Of a DNA stretch of 64,000 nt, positions 39,034 to 47,480 are shown in pieces. Numbering within the stretch: position 1 is the first letter of the stretch; the number at the start of each line of letters is the position of its first letter. The position numbers were made by a program, and so were the translations under genes. The DNA is from Bdellovibrio sp. (lineage in GTDB: Bacteria > Bdellovibrionota > Bdellovibrionia > Bdellovibrionales > Bdellovibrionaceae): the NCBI GenBank assembly GCA_036677065.1, contig JAKFBS010000001.1, positions 448,001 to 512,000 on the forward strand. Direction: 5' to 3'. The notes under the pieces were generated by a model that worked only from the letters and a program-made list of their open reading frames with translations, was not told the DNA's origin and ran no database searches.

Positions 39034-39333
39034 ATGAAGATAACTTTTATATTTATTTCTACATTTTTAACATGGGTCGCATTCGATCATAATCTATATC
39101 GCAGGCGCCGCGAAACGTATTCACTAGATAGCGTTGAACTTTCAATATCTGAGGGCGAAGCAACGGCACCACAAAAGAAAAAGATGGTGCTTAAGCGCTT
39201 GGATGTGATTCCAGCGCATTTGCGTAAGCGTGCGGTGAAACTGCGTACTAAGTGTAGCTATCGCAGTACAAAATCGCGTGATTCTAGAGATTCTAATCAA
39301 CGTAGTATTCGGCGAAAGTTTAATAATATGTGA
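39034..39333 (+). CDS. Possible small basic hypothetical protein
   Basis: Hydrophobic start, Arg/Lys-rich; weak AGGT RBS; may be spurious. Confidence 0.4.
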   Translation: MKITFIFISTFLTWVAFDHNLYRRRRETYSLDSVELSISEGEATAPQKKKMVLKRLDVIPAHLRKRAVKLRTKCSYRSTKSRDSRDSNQRSIRRKFNNM

Positions 39334-40200
39334 TTAGTGCAGCGATCGTAAAGCTTTGGCGATTTCTCGGTGCAAGGCTAACTCTTGTGATTGTGTTTTT
39401 TTAATTAAAAATACAGGCTGCAGGCGTTCTTTTTGGTTTACCGGAATGGTCAGTTCAATCAGACGATACTCGGGTAAAACTTTTTCATTATGTAAACGCG
39501 CAATAAATTCTGGCAAGTAAGCAACGGCGTGACCTTCGCGGCAGAGTTCCATGGCTGACTCCATCATAGTTACGCGATACTTAATTTGGCGTTGAAATTT
39601 GTGTTCAGGCCAGCCATCAAGACCTAATACTTTTGAGGGCGTACCTTCGGATGGACTAAGCGGAACAACGAAAGGTAAATCATTGACGACAGTATTTTTA
39701 AATTTTTTTAAACCAAAAGCACCCATTTTAATTTTAGTGGCTTCGATAAAATCGATTCCAGCTTTAGGAATTGGTGTATAGGTAATGCCGACATCAACAT
39801 GTCCATCACTGACAGCTTGTTCTAAACGGCCCGGGCCGTATTCATGCAATTCTAAAGATTCAAGTTCAGTATGCTTTGTTAATACCGACAAAAAATAAGT
39901 TGTAAAAACCTCAAATGAACCGATGCGGGTAGGCGTTGTGGCCGTTCCTTGGCGCATTTTTTCTGGCACTTGCGACCATGCAGCTAATAGAGGTGCTGTT
40001 TCAGTTTTAAAGATATGCCCTTGTTCGGTTAAACGCAGGCCGCGGCCTTCAGCTTCAATAAGCGAGACGCCGACCTCTTGTTCGAGAAGGCGAAGTGCTT
40101 TAGACAAGGCAGGCTGCGAGATATGTAAGATTTCAGAGGCTTTGACCAGTGAACCAGTTTCGGCAAAGGAGTGAAAATAACGAACTCGATCTATATCCAT
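39334..40200 (-). CDS. LysR-family transcriptional regulator
   Basis: GSLVKASEILHISQPALSKALRLLEQEVG...GRGLRLT HTH. Confidence 0.95.
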   Translation of the reverse strand: MDIDRVRYFHSFAETGSLVKASEILHISQPALSKALRLLEQEVGVSLIEAEGRGLRLTEQGHIFKTETAPLLAAWSQVPEKMRQGTATTPTRIGSFEVFTTYFLSVLTKHTELESLELHEYGPGRLEQAVSDGHVDVGITYTPIPKAGIDFIEATKIKMGAFGLKKFKNTVVNDLPFVVPLSPSEGTPSKVLGLDGWPEHKFQRQIKYRVTMMESAMELCREGHAVAYLPEFIARLHNEKVLPEYRLIELTIPVNQKERLQPVFLIKKTQSQELALHREIAKALRSLH

Positions 40201-40220
40201 AAGTTAATTATATATAACTT
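40201..40220. promoter_or_regulatory. Putative LysR operator
   Basis: Inverted repeat AAGTTA-N8-TAACTT containing T-N11-A, in the 75-bp divergent spacer. Confidence 0.5.
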
Positions 40221-40275
40221 AAACGAACTATTTTTCAAGTGTTTCCTGCGCTATCTATTAGCACTAGGAGATTGT

Positions 40276-41478
40276 ATGAAAAACTTCCAAAATTTAAGGG
40301 CTTTTATGAAGGCACCTCTGCATTTGATGACTGAACTTGAACAAGGTCAGAAATTTGTGCGCACCCGCTTAGGGCCGAAGAGTTTTGTGTTTGTGTATGA
40401 TGCAGCTTATGCGCGTGAAATTTTAGTTCAGGCAAGTCAGAAGTTTCCACAGAATCGTATGGTGTTTGATCGTATTCAGCCGTTAACGGGCCGCAAAGGT
40501 TTAGTGCAGATGGAAGGCGAAGAATCTAAAAACACGCGCATGCAGATGCGAACACTTTTCAGCAAAGCTCCACTGGCAGATGCACAAGCCATCACTGAAA
40601 AATACACGGATGATTTAATCGCTGAACTTAAAAAGAACCCAGCCGTTGATATTGCACAAGCCATGCATAATTTAATTTTACGTACTGCTTTAAAAATATT
40701 TTTAGATGTGGATGATCCGAAAATGGCTAGTGACATTGGGCATATGTTTGTCGAGTTAAATGAACTATGTGGCCATCGTATGCGTGCATTGCTACCAGTT
40801 CCGTTATTTATTCCGACCAAACAAACATTACGCATAAAAAAATTACGTGCAGAAATCAGAAGTCAGATTCTAAATCATTTAGAAAAAAGAACTAAAACCA
40901 TGCATGGGCAGTTAGTTGATGTTTTTGCTGATGACCCTAATTTGTTAGATCACTGCATGACTTTTATCTTTGCAGGTCATGAAACTACGGCTTCATCACT
41001 GGCCTTTACATTCTTATTATTGGCTAAATACCCTGAATACCAAAAACTGATTCAGCAAGATCCAAAAATGGCTACTTTAGTGTATAAAGAAAGTTTACGC
41101 CTGTATCCGCCGGCTTACATGCTTGCTAGGCAAGCTAACGTCGATACAGATTTTGGCGATTTTAAAATTAAAAAATCAGAACAAGTTATTATTGCGCTGG
41201 CGAGCATTCAGCAAAGCGAAAAATACTTTCAAGAGGCTAAACAGTTTAAGCCAGAACGTTTTGAACAAAAGTTCGAACAACCCGCAGCGTTTTTTCCATT
41301 CGGTGCAGGTGGTAAATCCTGCATCGGTGAAAGGCTTGCATATGTTGAAGCTGATGTGGTGATTAATAAAATCTGCACTCAGTTCGTAATCACCGGCAGC
41401 GCAGAAAAAATTATAGCTGATCCAATGATTACGTTAAATGCTCGTAGCGGTCAGACGTTGGTGTTCAATGTTAGATAG
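40276..41478 (+). CDS. Cytochrome P450
   Basis: AGHETT I-helix, ESLR (ExxR), PERF, heme motif FGAGGKSCIG; AGGAG RBS. Confidence 0.97.
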   Translation: MKNFQNLRAFMKAPLHLMTELEQGQKFVRTRLGPKSFVFVYDAAYAREILVQASQKFPQNRMVFDRIQPLTGRKGLVQMEGEESKNTRMQMRTLFSKAPLADAQAITEKYTDDLIAELKKNPAVDIAQAMHNLILRTALKIFLDVDDPKMASDIGHMFVELNELCGHRMRALLPVPLFIPTKQTLRIKKLRAEIRSQILNHLEKRTKTMHGQLVDVFADDPNLLDHCMTFIFAGHETTASSLAFTFLLLAKYPEYQKLIQQDPKMATLVYKESLRLYPPAYMLARQANVDTDFGDFKIKKSEQVIIALASIQQSEKYFQEAKQFKPERFEQKFEQPAAFFPFGAGGKSCIGERLAYVEADVVINKICTQFVITGSAEKIIADPMITLNARSGQTLVFNVR

Positions 41479-42310
41479 TTTAATTGCAGATTTTCGTGAA
41501 ATTTGTCCACACCGATCAAGTGCATTGTTTCGTGAATTTTTACCTGTGGGTTATCGCCTGACAACATTATCTTCAGTGCCACAGGAATACCGCGAAATCG
41601 TGATACAGGCTAAGATTCGTTTGGGTATGCTGATCACGCTTTATGATGATTTGGCAGATCATCCAGATTATTTGAACCCTGTGCTGTTAAAAAAATTATA
41701 TCGCCTAAATTTAGACTCTGATTTTACGCTGACGTTATCAATCAGCAAAGAAAATAAAATTTATCAGTTAGCACGTAAACTTTTTTCTGAACTGCGTGAT
41801 CTGTTATCAGGTTTGCCGAATTACGAACAGTTAAAAGCTATTCTTGAATTTGATATTGAGCAGTTTTATTGCTGTAACCGGTTATCAAGTTTGGCTACCG
41901 AGACGCCTGGAATTTTAAACCTGGCCGAATCGCAAACTTTGGGGCCGCATAATATGGGAATCATAGCTGCTGGCACGATTGATTTAATGTCGGTGACAGA
42001 TTTAAACGTACGTGAAATCGCCATTTGCCGCGAAATTTTTATTTTAGGTCAGCGTATGGGTCGAATCAGTAATGTTGTTTACACTTTTGAACGTGAGCAG
42101 TTAGAAGGTGATCAGACTAATGAAATTTTTGTGCAACAAAGATTATTCGGTGGAACTCATCAATCCATTAAGGCGCAGTTAATCCAAGAACTTCATGAGT
42201 GTAGCATAGCTATTAAAAAATTCTGTGCGCCGGCGTTTAGCGCTAATCAGTACGCCCAGGGTTTTCTGGAGTTGCATCAATTGCATGCCCGCTTAGAGAG
42301 TCAAATATGA
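41468..42310 (+). CDS. Class I terpene synthase / isoprenoid synthase-fold protein
   Basis: LYDDLAD (DDxxD) and RISNVVYTFERE..EGD.TN (NSE/DTE-like); about 280 aa, appears helical. Confidence 0.72.
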   Translation: MLDSLIADFREICPHRSSALFREFLPVGYRLTTLSSVPQEYREIVIQAKIRLGMLITLYDDLADHPDYLNPVLLKKLYRLNLDSDFTLTLSISKENKIYQLARKLFSELRDLLSGLPNYEQLKAILEFDIEQFYCCNRLSSLATETPGILNLAESQTLGPHNMGIIAAGTIDLMSVTDLNVREIAICREIFILGQRMGRISNVVYTFEREQLEGDQTNEIFVQQRLFGGTHQSIKAQLIQELHECSIAIKKFCAPAFSANQYAQGFLELHQLHARLESQI

Positions 42311-43548
42311 AGGCTGTGGTTATCGGTGGTGGTATTGCAGGGCTTGCAGCTGCGCGAGTGTTAGCTGCTCATTATACTTCAGTTGTGGTGTGCGAGAAGG
42401 ATTCACGAATTGGATCAGCTGATATTCGCACCGGTGCACCCCAAGGGGCTCACCTACATGTATTATTAAAAAATGGCCAGACCATTTTGCGTGAGCTGAT
42501 GCCGGATGTTTATGAGCAAATTAAAAATGGCCGCTGTAAAACCATCGATTGGGCTCAAGATACAGTTTGGGAAAATAAATTCGGCCGATTACCGCGTTAT
42601 CAATCGAAAGCTAAAACTTTTTCTTTTAGTCGTGGTCTATTAGAATCCAAACTATTTACTAGTGTGACTAAACTTCAAAATGTTTCGGTTATATATTCGC
42701 AAGTTTTAGAATTTACAAAATTTGCTGACAAAATTCATAGTGTTAAATTAGACAACGGACAAACCATTGAAGCCGATCTATTTGTCTTTGCCGCTGGTGC
42801 CCAGTCAATGTTATCCGGCCTATTAGGGCAGCCGTTAGTATATGAGATGACAGGAATAGATATAACCTACTATTCAGCGCGCTTTAAAACCGAAACGGTA
42901 AATTTGCCAGATTGTATGCAATATTATTATCAAGCAGATCCGGGTATTGAATCTATCGGTGGAGTGATTTCGCCCATTGAAAATAATCAAACTATTGCAA
43001 CCCTTATCGAATTTGGCCAAAAACCCGCGCGCATACTTGATCAGCCAGGATTTTTAGCCAAATCTATGCAATTGCCAAATTTAGATTTTTTTTGTTCAGT
43101 GATGAAAGCTGAAATGCAGGGGGCGGTACATTGTTTTCATAAAAAAACGATGTCTAGGATTACACCGGCAGCCTATAAAAGCTTACCAGATAATCTTATT
43201 CTGATCGGTGATTCGCTACTTTCTCTAAATCCTGTTTTTGGGCAAGGAATGACGAGCGCTTTTTTGCAAATTCGTGAATTAAAAACTCAGCTTGAAAAGA
43301 AAAGGCATGTAAACACCAAATCTTTTCATAAAAAGGTTTTGAAAATTACGCAGACAGCTTTTGCGATGTCAAAAGCGGGGTCAATGGATCATCGTCATTA
43401 TATAAAGCGCTACTTAGATGGGTTTTTACAATTAGCCAGCAAATCACAATTACACCACCGACGATTTTTACAAGTATTGCATTTAGAACGCGGGCCACTA
43501 TCTTTATTTAGTGCGCAGGTAGCTATTAAGGCGATGAGGCGTTTATGA
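42307..43548 (+). CDS. FAD-dependent monooxygenase, LasC/MonCI epoxidase-like
   Basis: VIGGGIAG, RTGAPQGAHLHVLL, GDSLLSLNPVFGQGMTSA. Confidence 0.85.
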   Translation: MKAVVIGGGIAGLAAARVLAAHYTSVVVCEKDSRIGSADIRTGAPQGAHLHVLLKNGQTILRELMPDVYEQIKNGRCKTIDWAQDTVWENKFGRLPRYQSKAKTFSFSRGLLESKLFTSVTKLQNVSVIYSQVLEFTKFADKIHSVKLDNGQTIEADLFVFAAGAQSMLSGLLGQPLVYEMTGIDITYYSARFKTETVNLPDCMQYYYQADPGIESIGGVISPIENNQTIATLIEFGQKPARILDQPGFLAKSMQLPNLDFFCSVMKAEMQGAVHCFHKKTMSRITPAAYKSLPDNLILIGDSLLSLNPVFGQGMTSAFLQIRELKTQLEKKRHVNTKSFHKKVLKITQTAFAMSKAGSMDHRHYIKRYLDGFLQLASKSQLHHRRFLQVLHLERGPLSLFSAQVAIKAMRRL

Positions 43549-44243
43549 TTTACCTGCATCAGTATCCACAGGCTTGGGGATTATCGAGTTTAAGTCCATT
43601 TTGTATTAAGGTTGAAGCATTTCTGCGACAAAGTAATTTGGAGTACGAAGTCATTGTCGAGCGTAATCCGCGTCGTGGGCCTAAGGGTAAAATGCCATTT
43701 ATTGTGGATAAAGGTGTGAGTATCGCAGATTCTGGTTTTATTATTTCGTCATTGATTCGCAATTATAATTTAGACAGCTATCATCCATTTAATTCTGCAC
43801 AAAAAGCCGCAGCTCATGCCTTTGAAAAGATGATTGAAGAAAATTTTTATTTTATATTGTTGTATGCACGTTGGGTCGATTCAGAAAGCCGGGTAAAAAC
43901 TGTATCTGAATTTACAAAGCTATTTCCACCCATCATTGGGCCGCTTTTTTTAAAACTGATTCGTAAGAATTTAACCAAACAAGCTTACTTGCAGGGAATT
44001 GGCCGGCATACGGCTTCTGAGGTGTATATAAAAGCGGAACAAGATCTTCGGGCGATCAGTGATTATATACAAAATGAAAATTATTTTCTGGGATCTGCGT
44101 GGTCACCCGTAGATGCCAGCCTGTTCGCTTTTTTAATTACTATCTTGCGCCAGCCCGTAGCGCCGCGCTTAAAAGAGCTGGTTGAACGATTCCCCAACTT
44201 AGTGGCTTACGCTGAGCGCGAAGCCCAGAGATTATCATTGTAG
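43545..44243 (+). CDS. Glutathione S-transferase, metaxin/FAX/IsoI-like
   Basis: SLSPFCIKVEAFLR, GPKGKMPFI, IADSGFI, QGIGRH, DASLFAFL, PNLVAY. Confidence 0.9.
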   Translation: MIYLHQYPQAWGLSSLSPFCIKVEAFLRQSNLEYEVIVERNPRRGPKGKMPFIVDKGVSIADSGFIISSLIRNYNLDSYHPFNSAQKAAAHAFEKMIEENFYFILLYARWVDSESRVKTVSEFTKLFPPIIGPLFLKLIRKNLTKQAYLQGIGRHTASEVYIKAEQDLRAISDYIQNENYFLGSAWSPVDASLFAFLITILRQPVAPRLKELVERFPNLVAYAEREAQRLSL

Positions 44244-44287
44244 CTTAGAATAGCTTGCGTAGAATTACCTTTGTTTGTGGAGGTCTT

Positions 44288-44920
44288 ATGATGTTAGTCA
44301 TTGGAAATAAACGTTATTCGAGCTGGTCATTGCGCCCATGGGTGTTGATGAAACATTTTGATATCCCTTTCGAAGAAAAACTAATCGCCCTTGATCAGCC
44401 AGACACCGAACAAAAGATTTTAAAATATTCTCCCTCGAAAAAAGTGCCTGCTCTTGTTGATGTCGATATCACAGTATGGGAATCGATGGCCATTATGGAA
44501 TACTTAAATGAAAAATACCCACAAAAACAAATGTGGCCAGCCGATACAAAAAAACGTGCCCTCGCACGTTCGGTGGCAAATGAAATGCATTCTGGTTTTT
44601 CAGCGATGCGAAATATAATGTCGCATGATTTGCAAAAAACTGTTCCAGGATTCGATTATTCGGCGGCGCTGACTGATGTAAATCGCGTGATGGATATTTG
44701 GCGTGAATGTTTACAGCAATCGGGTGGGCCTTTTTTATTTGGTTCATTTAGTATTGCCGATGCGATGTATGCGCCGGTAGTGAATCGTTTTATTACTTAT
44801 GATGTGAAGTTTGATACAGATTGCGCAAAGTACATTATAGCCATGCGTGAACTGCCAGCGCATAAAGCATGGATCGAGGCAGGATTAGCTGAAAAGCTAG
44901 TCGCGCCCCTACATATCTAA
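44288..44920 (+). CDS. Glutathione S-transferase family protein
   Basis: IGNKRYSSWSLRPW, SP..KVPAL, WESMAI.EYL, EMHSGF, FSIADAMYAPV; GGAGG RBS. Confidence 0.95.
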   Translation: MMLVIGNKRYSSWSLRPWVLMKHFDIPFEEKLIALDQPDTEQKILKYSPSKKVPALVDVDITVWESMAIMEYLNEKYPQKQMWPADTKKRALARSVANEMHSGFSAMRNIMSHDLQKTVPGFDYSAALTDVNRVMDIWRECLQQSGGPFLFGSFSIADAMYAPVVNRFITYDVKFDTDCAKYIIAMRELPAHKAWIEAGLAEKLVAPLHI

Positions 44921-45450
44921 TTATCTTGGTCTTTATCTTGATCTTTATCCTGCGATTGATCTTGATCCTGATCTACACGGGGCGTGCCATTTAACGTGTT
45001 CACATATATGATTGCATCAACGGCATCGCACGGTGCTGCCGATGCATATTGGCAATCTGAAATATTAAAACGAAAAGCATCTGCCAGTTTTGTCTCGCGG
45101 TTTAGGTGTAGAGTGATCGTGTTAAATAAATGCTCTTGGCCATTGATGGCCTGCATATTCTGACGATCGGGGCTAACCAAAGTAAATAACAATTTAAAAT
45201 TTGAATAAAATTCCCAGTGCCCGGTCGCAGTTTCAAGTATTTGATCAACCGAAGCTAAGAGCTTTGTGCGTTCGCTGTATTCAGGATTTATGTGTCCTAT
45301 TTTAAAATCGATAACAGTTGAAGAATTGACGATTTGCTTAGCTGAAGTGGCTTCAACAACTCTTTCTGAAACAGGGCTTTGTTCAAAACGGCTTTGACGA
45401 CATGAAAAAACTAAAGTTGCGCAAAGTGCAGTAAGTATCAATAGTTTCAT
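44917..45450 (-). CDS. Hypothetical lipoprotein with a DQ/DK repeat tail
   Basis: Lipobox VFSC; AGGAGG RBS; C-terminus DQDQDQSQDKDQDKDQDN. Confidence 0.8.
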   Translation of the reverse strand: MKLLILTALCATLVFSCRQSRFEQSPVSERVVEATSAKQIVNSSTVIDFKIGHINPEYSERTKLLASVDQILETATGHWEFYSNFKLLFTLVSPDRQNMQAINGQEHLFNTITLHLNRETKLADAFRFNISDCQYASAAPCDAVDAIIYVNTLNGTPRVDQDQDQSQDKDQDKDQDN

Positions 45451-45488
45451 AATTCCTCCTATGAATTATTTTGCATGAGAGGATTTAC

Positions 45489-45504
45489 AGCAACGGCTAT
45501 GCCA
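45489..45504 (-). promoter_or_regulatory. Putative sigma-54 promoter
   Basis: Minus strand TGGCATAGCCGTTGCT, near-consensus TGGCAY-N5-TTGC. Confidence 0.7.
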
Positions 45505-45530
45505 TGGGGCGACGGTCCCCGCGTTATGAA

Positions 45531-46019
45531 TTACTGAATTGCAATAATGTCGTACTCGAGTGTACGTGCAGGGCTTTCAACGACAGCCACATCATCGACA
45601 TGAAGTCCCAATAAACTTTCGCCAAGCGGTGAGCTACTTGCCACGACCTGGATATTAAGACCTTCAAATGCCACAGTCATTCCTCCACCCTTAGGCACAA
45701 GAAAGATATGCAAAGTTTTATTACCGTGTGTAGCTTCGATGATCGCAGAAAGCTGAATAGAGTCGTCTGCTGTCAGAGTTCTTAATTTCAAAAAATTATA
45801 CATAGCAAAAATCTCTTCGATTTCTGCTAGGCGTTTTCCCTGGGCTCCGGCTAGGTAAGAGGCTTCAAGCCCGCGGGTATCGTATTCATTTTCTGGTTTT
45901 GATTCTTCGTGAGTCGCATCTTCGTAGGTAGCTAAAGCAGCCGCTTTTAATATTTCAAAAGACTCTTGTAAGTCGGCTTTGATTTTTTGTACTAAGACTG
46001 CTTTATCGATTTTTTTCAT
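45531..46019 (-). CDS. GreA/GreB-family elongation factor-like protein
   Basis: ATHEESKPENEYDTRGLEASYLA.AQ, SPLGESLLG. Confidence 0.88.
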   Translation of the reverse strand: MKKIDKAVLVQKIKADLQESFEILKAAALATYEDATHEESKPENEYDTRGLEASYLAGAQGKRLAEIEEIFAMYNFLKLRTLTADDSIQLSAIIEATHGNKTLHIFLVPKGGGMTVAFEGLNIQVVASSSPLGESLLGLHVDDVAVVESPARTLEYDIIAIQ

Positions 46020-46037
46020 AGGCCAATTAGACCATAT

Positions 46038-47477
46038 TTAAAAATTATTTTGTACCGCAAAAATTATTAATGATCCTTTTTGATCGGCACTGCTGGAATA
46101 ACTGCCATTGTTGCCTTTCATATTGAAAAGCTGTGTATGGTTTAGCTGTAACTTAAGATTCTGTTTAGAGTAAAAATAATTCACTCCCACCGTGGCCGCT
46201 GTGCTCGTAAACTGGTTCGCGCTATTTGGTTTAAGTGAATCGTAACGAGCGGCTAATTGCCACTGATCAGAAAGTTTGTAACCAGCATCGAACATATAAG
46301 CCGTGCTTCGCACCGAGCTGATGTTGCCGTTAACATATTCTCCGCGCAGACTAAGATAAGTATTCGCCCAACCTAAATTGACGCCATAACGGTTTGGATC
46401 GTAACAGATCGCATCTTTGCACAGAACAAAAGTGCCCACGTTAAAACCCAGCGGAAGCGCAGCTTCTAAGCGGCCAGTGTAATCTTTGCGATCATTTTTT
46501 TCATCCACATTAGGGCCCTGACCATTTGACATTGCTATAGATGCTTTAATTTTTTCGTATTTATACGTTAGCATTGCGCCCGGATCCCTACGCTCGCCGT
46601 AGGTTCTTGTTAGCAGCGACCTTTCTGCAAACAAAAGTTCACTCGTCGATTGCATACTTTCAGCAGCCGTCGGCAGTTTGAACTGACCCAGTGTAAGTTC
46701 GAGATCCGGTGCTAATTTAAAAGCAATACCCATATCTTGTAAAATTTTATTGTCACCACTGGTGTTAACATCATTGATTGTGGTTTTTGTTGTTCCTGAG
46801 GTCACAACAGAAGTTGCATTCGTTGACAGACCTTTAGCAAAGTCAGCCACTAAAAACCATCTTGTATTTTCAGCACTTGAGCCAGTTAATTTTAATTCGG
46901 CTCGGCGCACGCGAAAATTTGTATCAGCGGCAACGGCTGATTTTGTTTGATCTTCTAAATACCAAAATTGAATTAAGGCGTTGTTTTTCCATGTCGGAAC
47001 AAATTCAGGCTTTACTTCTACCGGTGCAGGCGGTGGGGGAGTTGCAACAACCTCTGGTACGGCAGAAACTACAGTCGTCGTTGATACACTCACTGGTGCA
47101 GAAACAACTGCCATGGCAACTGTTTCGGCTGGTTTTTTTTCTTCAGCAGCGACAGCGCGCTCAGATTTTTTTTCAGAAAATTGAACTTCGCCGGCTACGT
47201 CCCAAATCGAACTGTTTTTTCCGACAAAACGTTTTAAGCTTGTTTTGAAAACCCATTTATCGCTTTCAATTGTTGCAGTGGCTTTATCGCCGCTGCAATG
47301 AATTGTTGGTTTTTTACTAGGTGTTGTCATAGCGCAATTTTTCAAACTAAAATCAACACGTAAATTTTTACAGGAATCGCCGGTGGCATAAGCCACCGCA
47401 CAATTTTTTTGGGGTTTAGCCGCTACGGGTAAAGTAATCGCTAAGCCTAAGAATGTTAAAGTGATTAGCGATTTCAT
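46038..47477 (-). CDS. Porin (OprO/OprP-like) with an extra Cys-containing N-terminal domain
   Basis: FRVRRAELKL.G, LGQFKLP, RDPGAML, NGQG, ARYD, GVNYF, terminal Phe. Confidence 0.82.
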   Translation of the reverse strand: MKSLITLTFLGLAITLPVAAKPQKNCAVAYATGDSCKNLRVDFSLKNCAMTTPSKKPTIHCSGDKATATIESDKWVFKTSLKRFVGKNSSIWDVAGEVQFSEKKSERAVAAEEKKPAETVAMAVVSAPVSVSTTTVVSAVPEVVATPPPPAPVEVKPEFVPTWKNNALIQFWYLEDQTKSAVAADTNFRVRRAELKLTGSSAENTRWFLVADFAKGLSTNATSVVTSGTTKTTINDVNTSGDNKILQDMGIAFKLAPDLELTLGQFKLPTAAESMQSTSELLFAERSLLTRTYGERRDPGAMLTYKYEKIKASIAMSNGQGPNVDEKNDRKDYTGRLEAALPLGFNVGTFVLCKDAICYDPNRYGVNLGWANTYLSLRGEYVNGNISSVRSTAYMFDAGYKLSDQWQLAARYDSLKPNSANQFTSTAATVGVNYFYSKQNLKLQLNHTQLFNMKGNNGSYSSSADQKGSLIIFAVQNNF

Positions 47478-47480
47478 AGT

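Noticed and set aside
38970..39092. 40-codon ORF (MSTNLCIRS...) overlapping the 39034 ORF
   Set aside because: No recognisable features; cannot tell which frame, if either, is real
40276..44243. Carotenoid or hopanoid cluster
   Set aside because: No phytoene/squalene synthase signature, desaturase or squalene-hopene cyclase recognised; the synthase has an NSE-like second motif instead
44903..44912. GCGCCCCTAC matching the tRNA 3' end as a possible attR of a 17-kb island
   Set aside because: Only 10 bp, inside GST coding sequence, and no integrase in the window; compatible with chance
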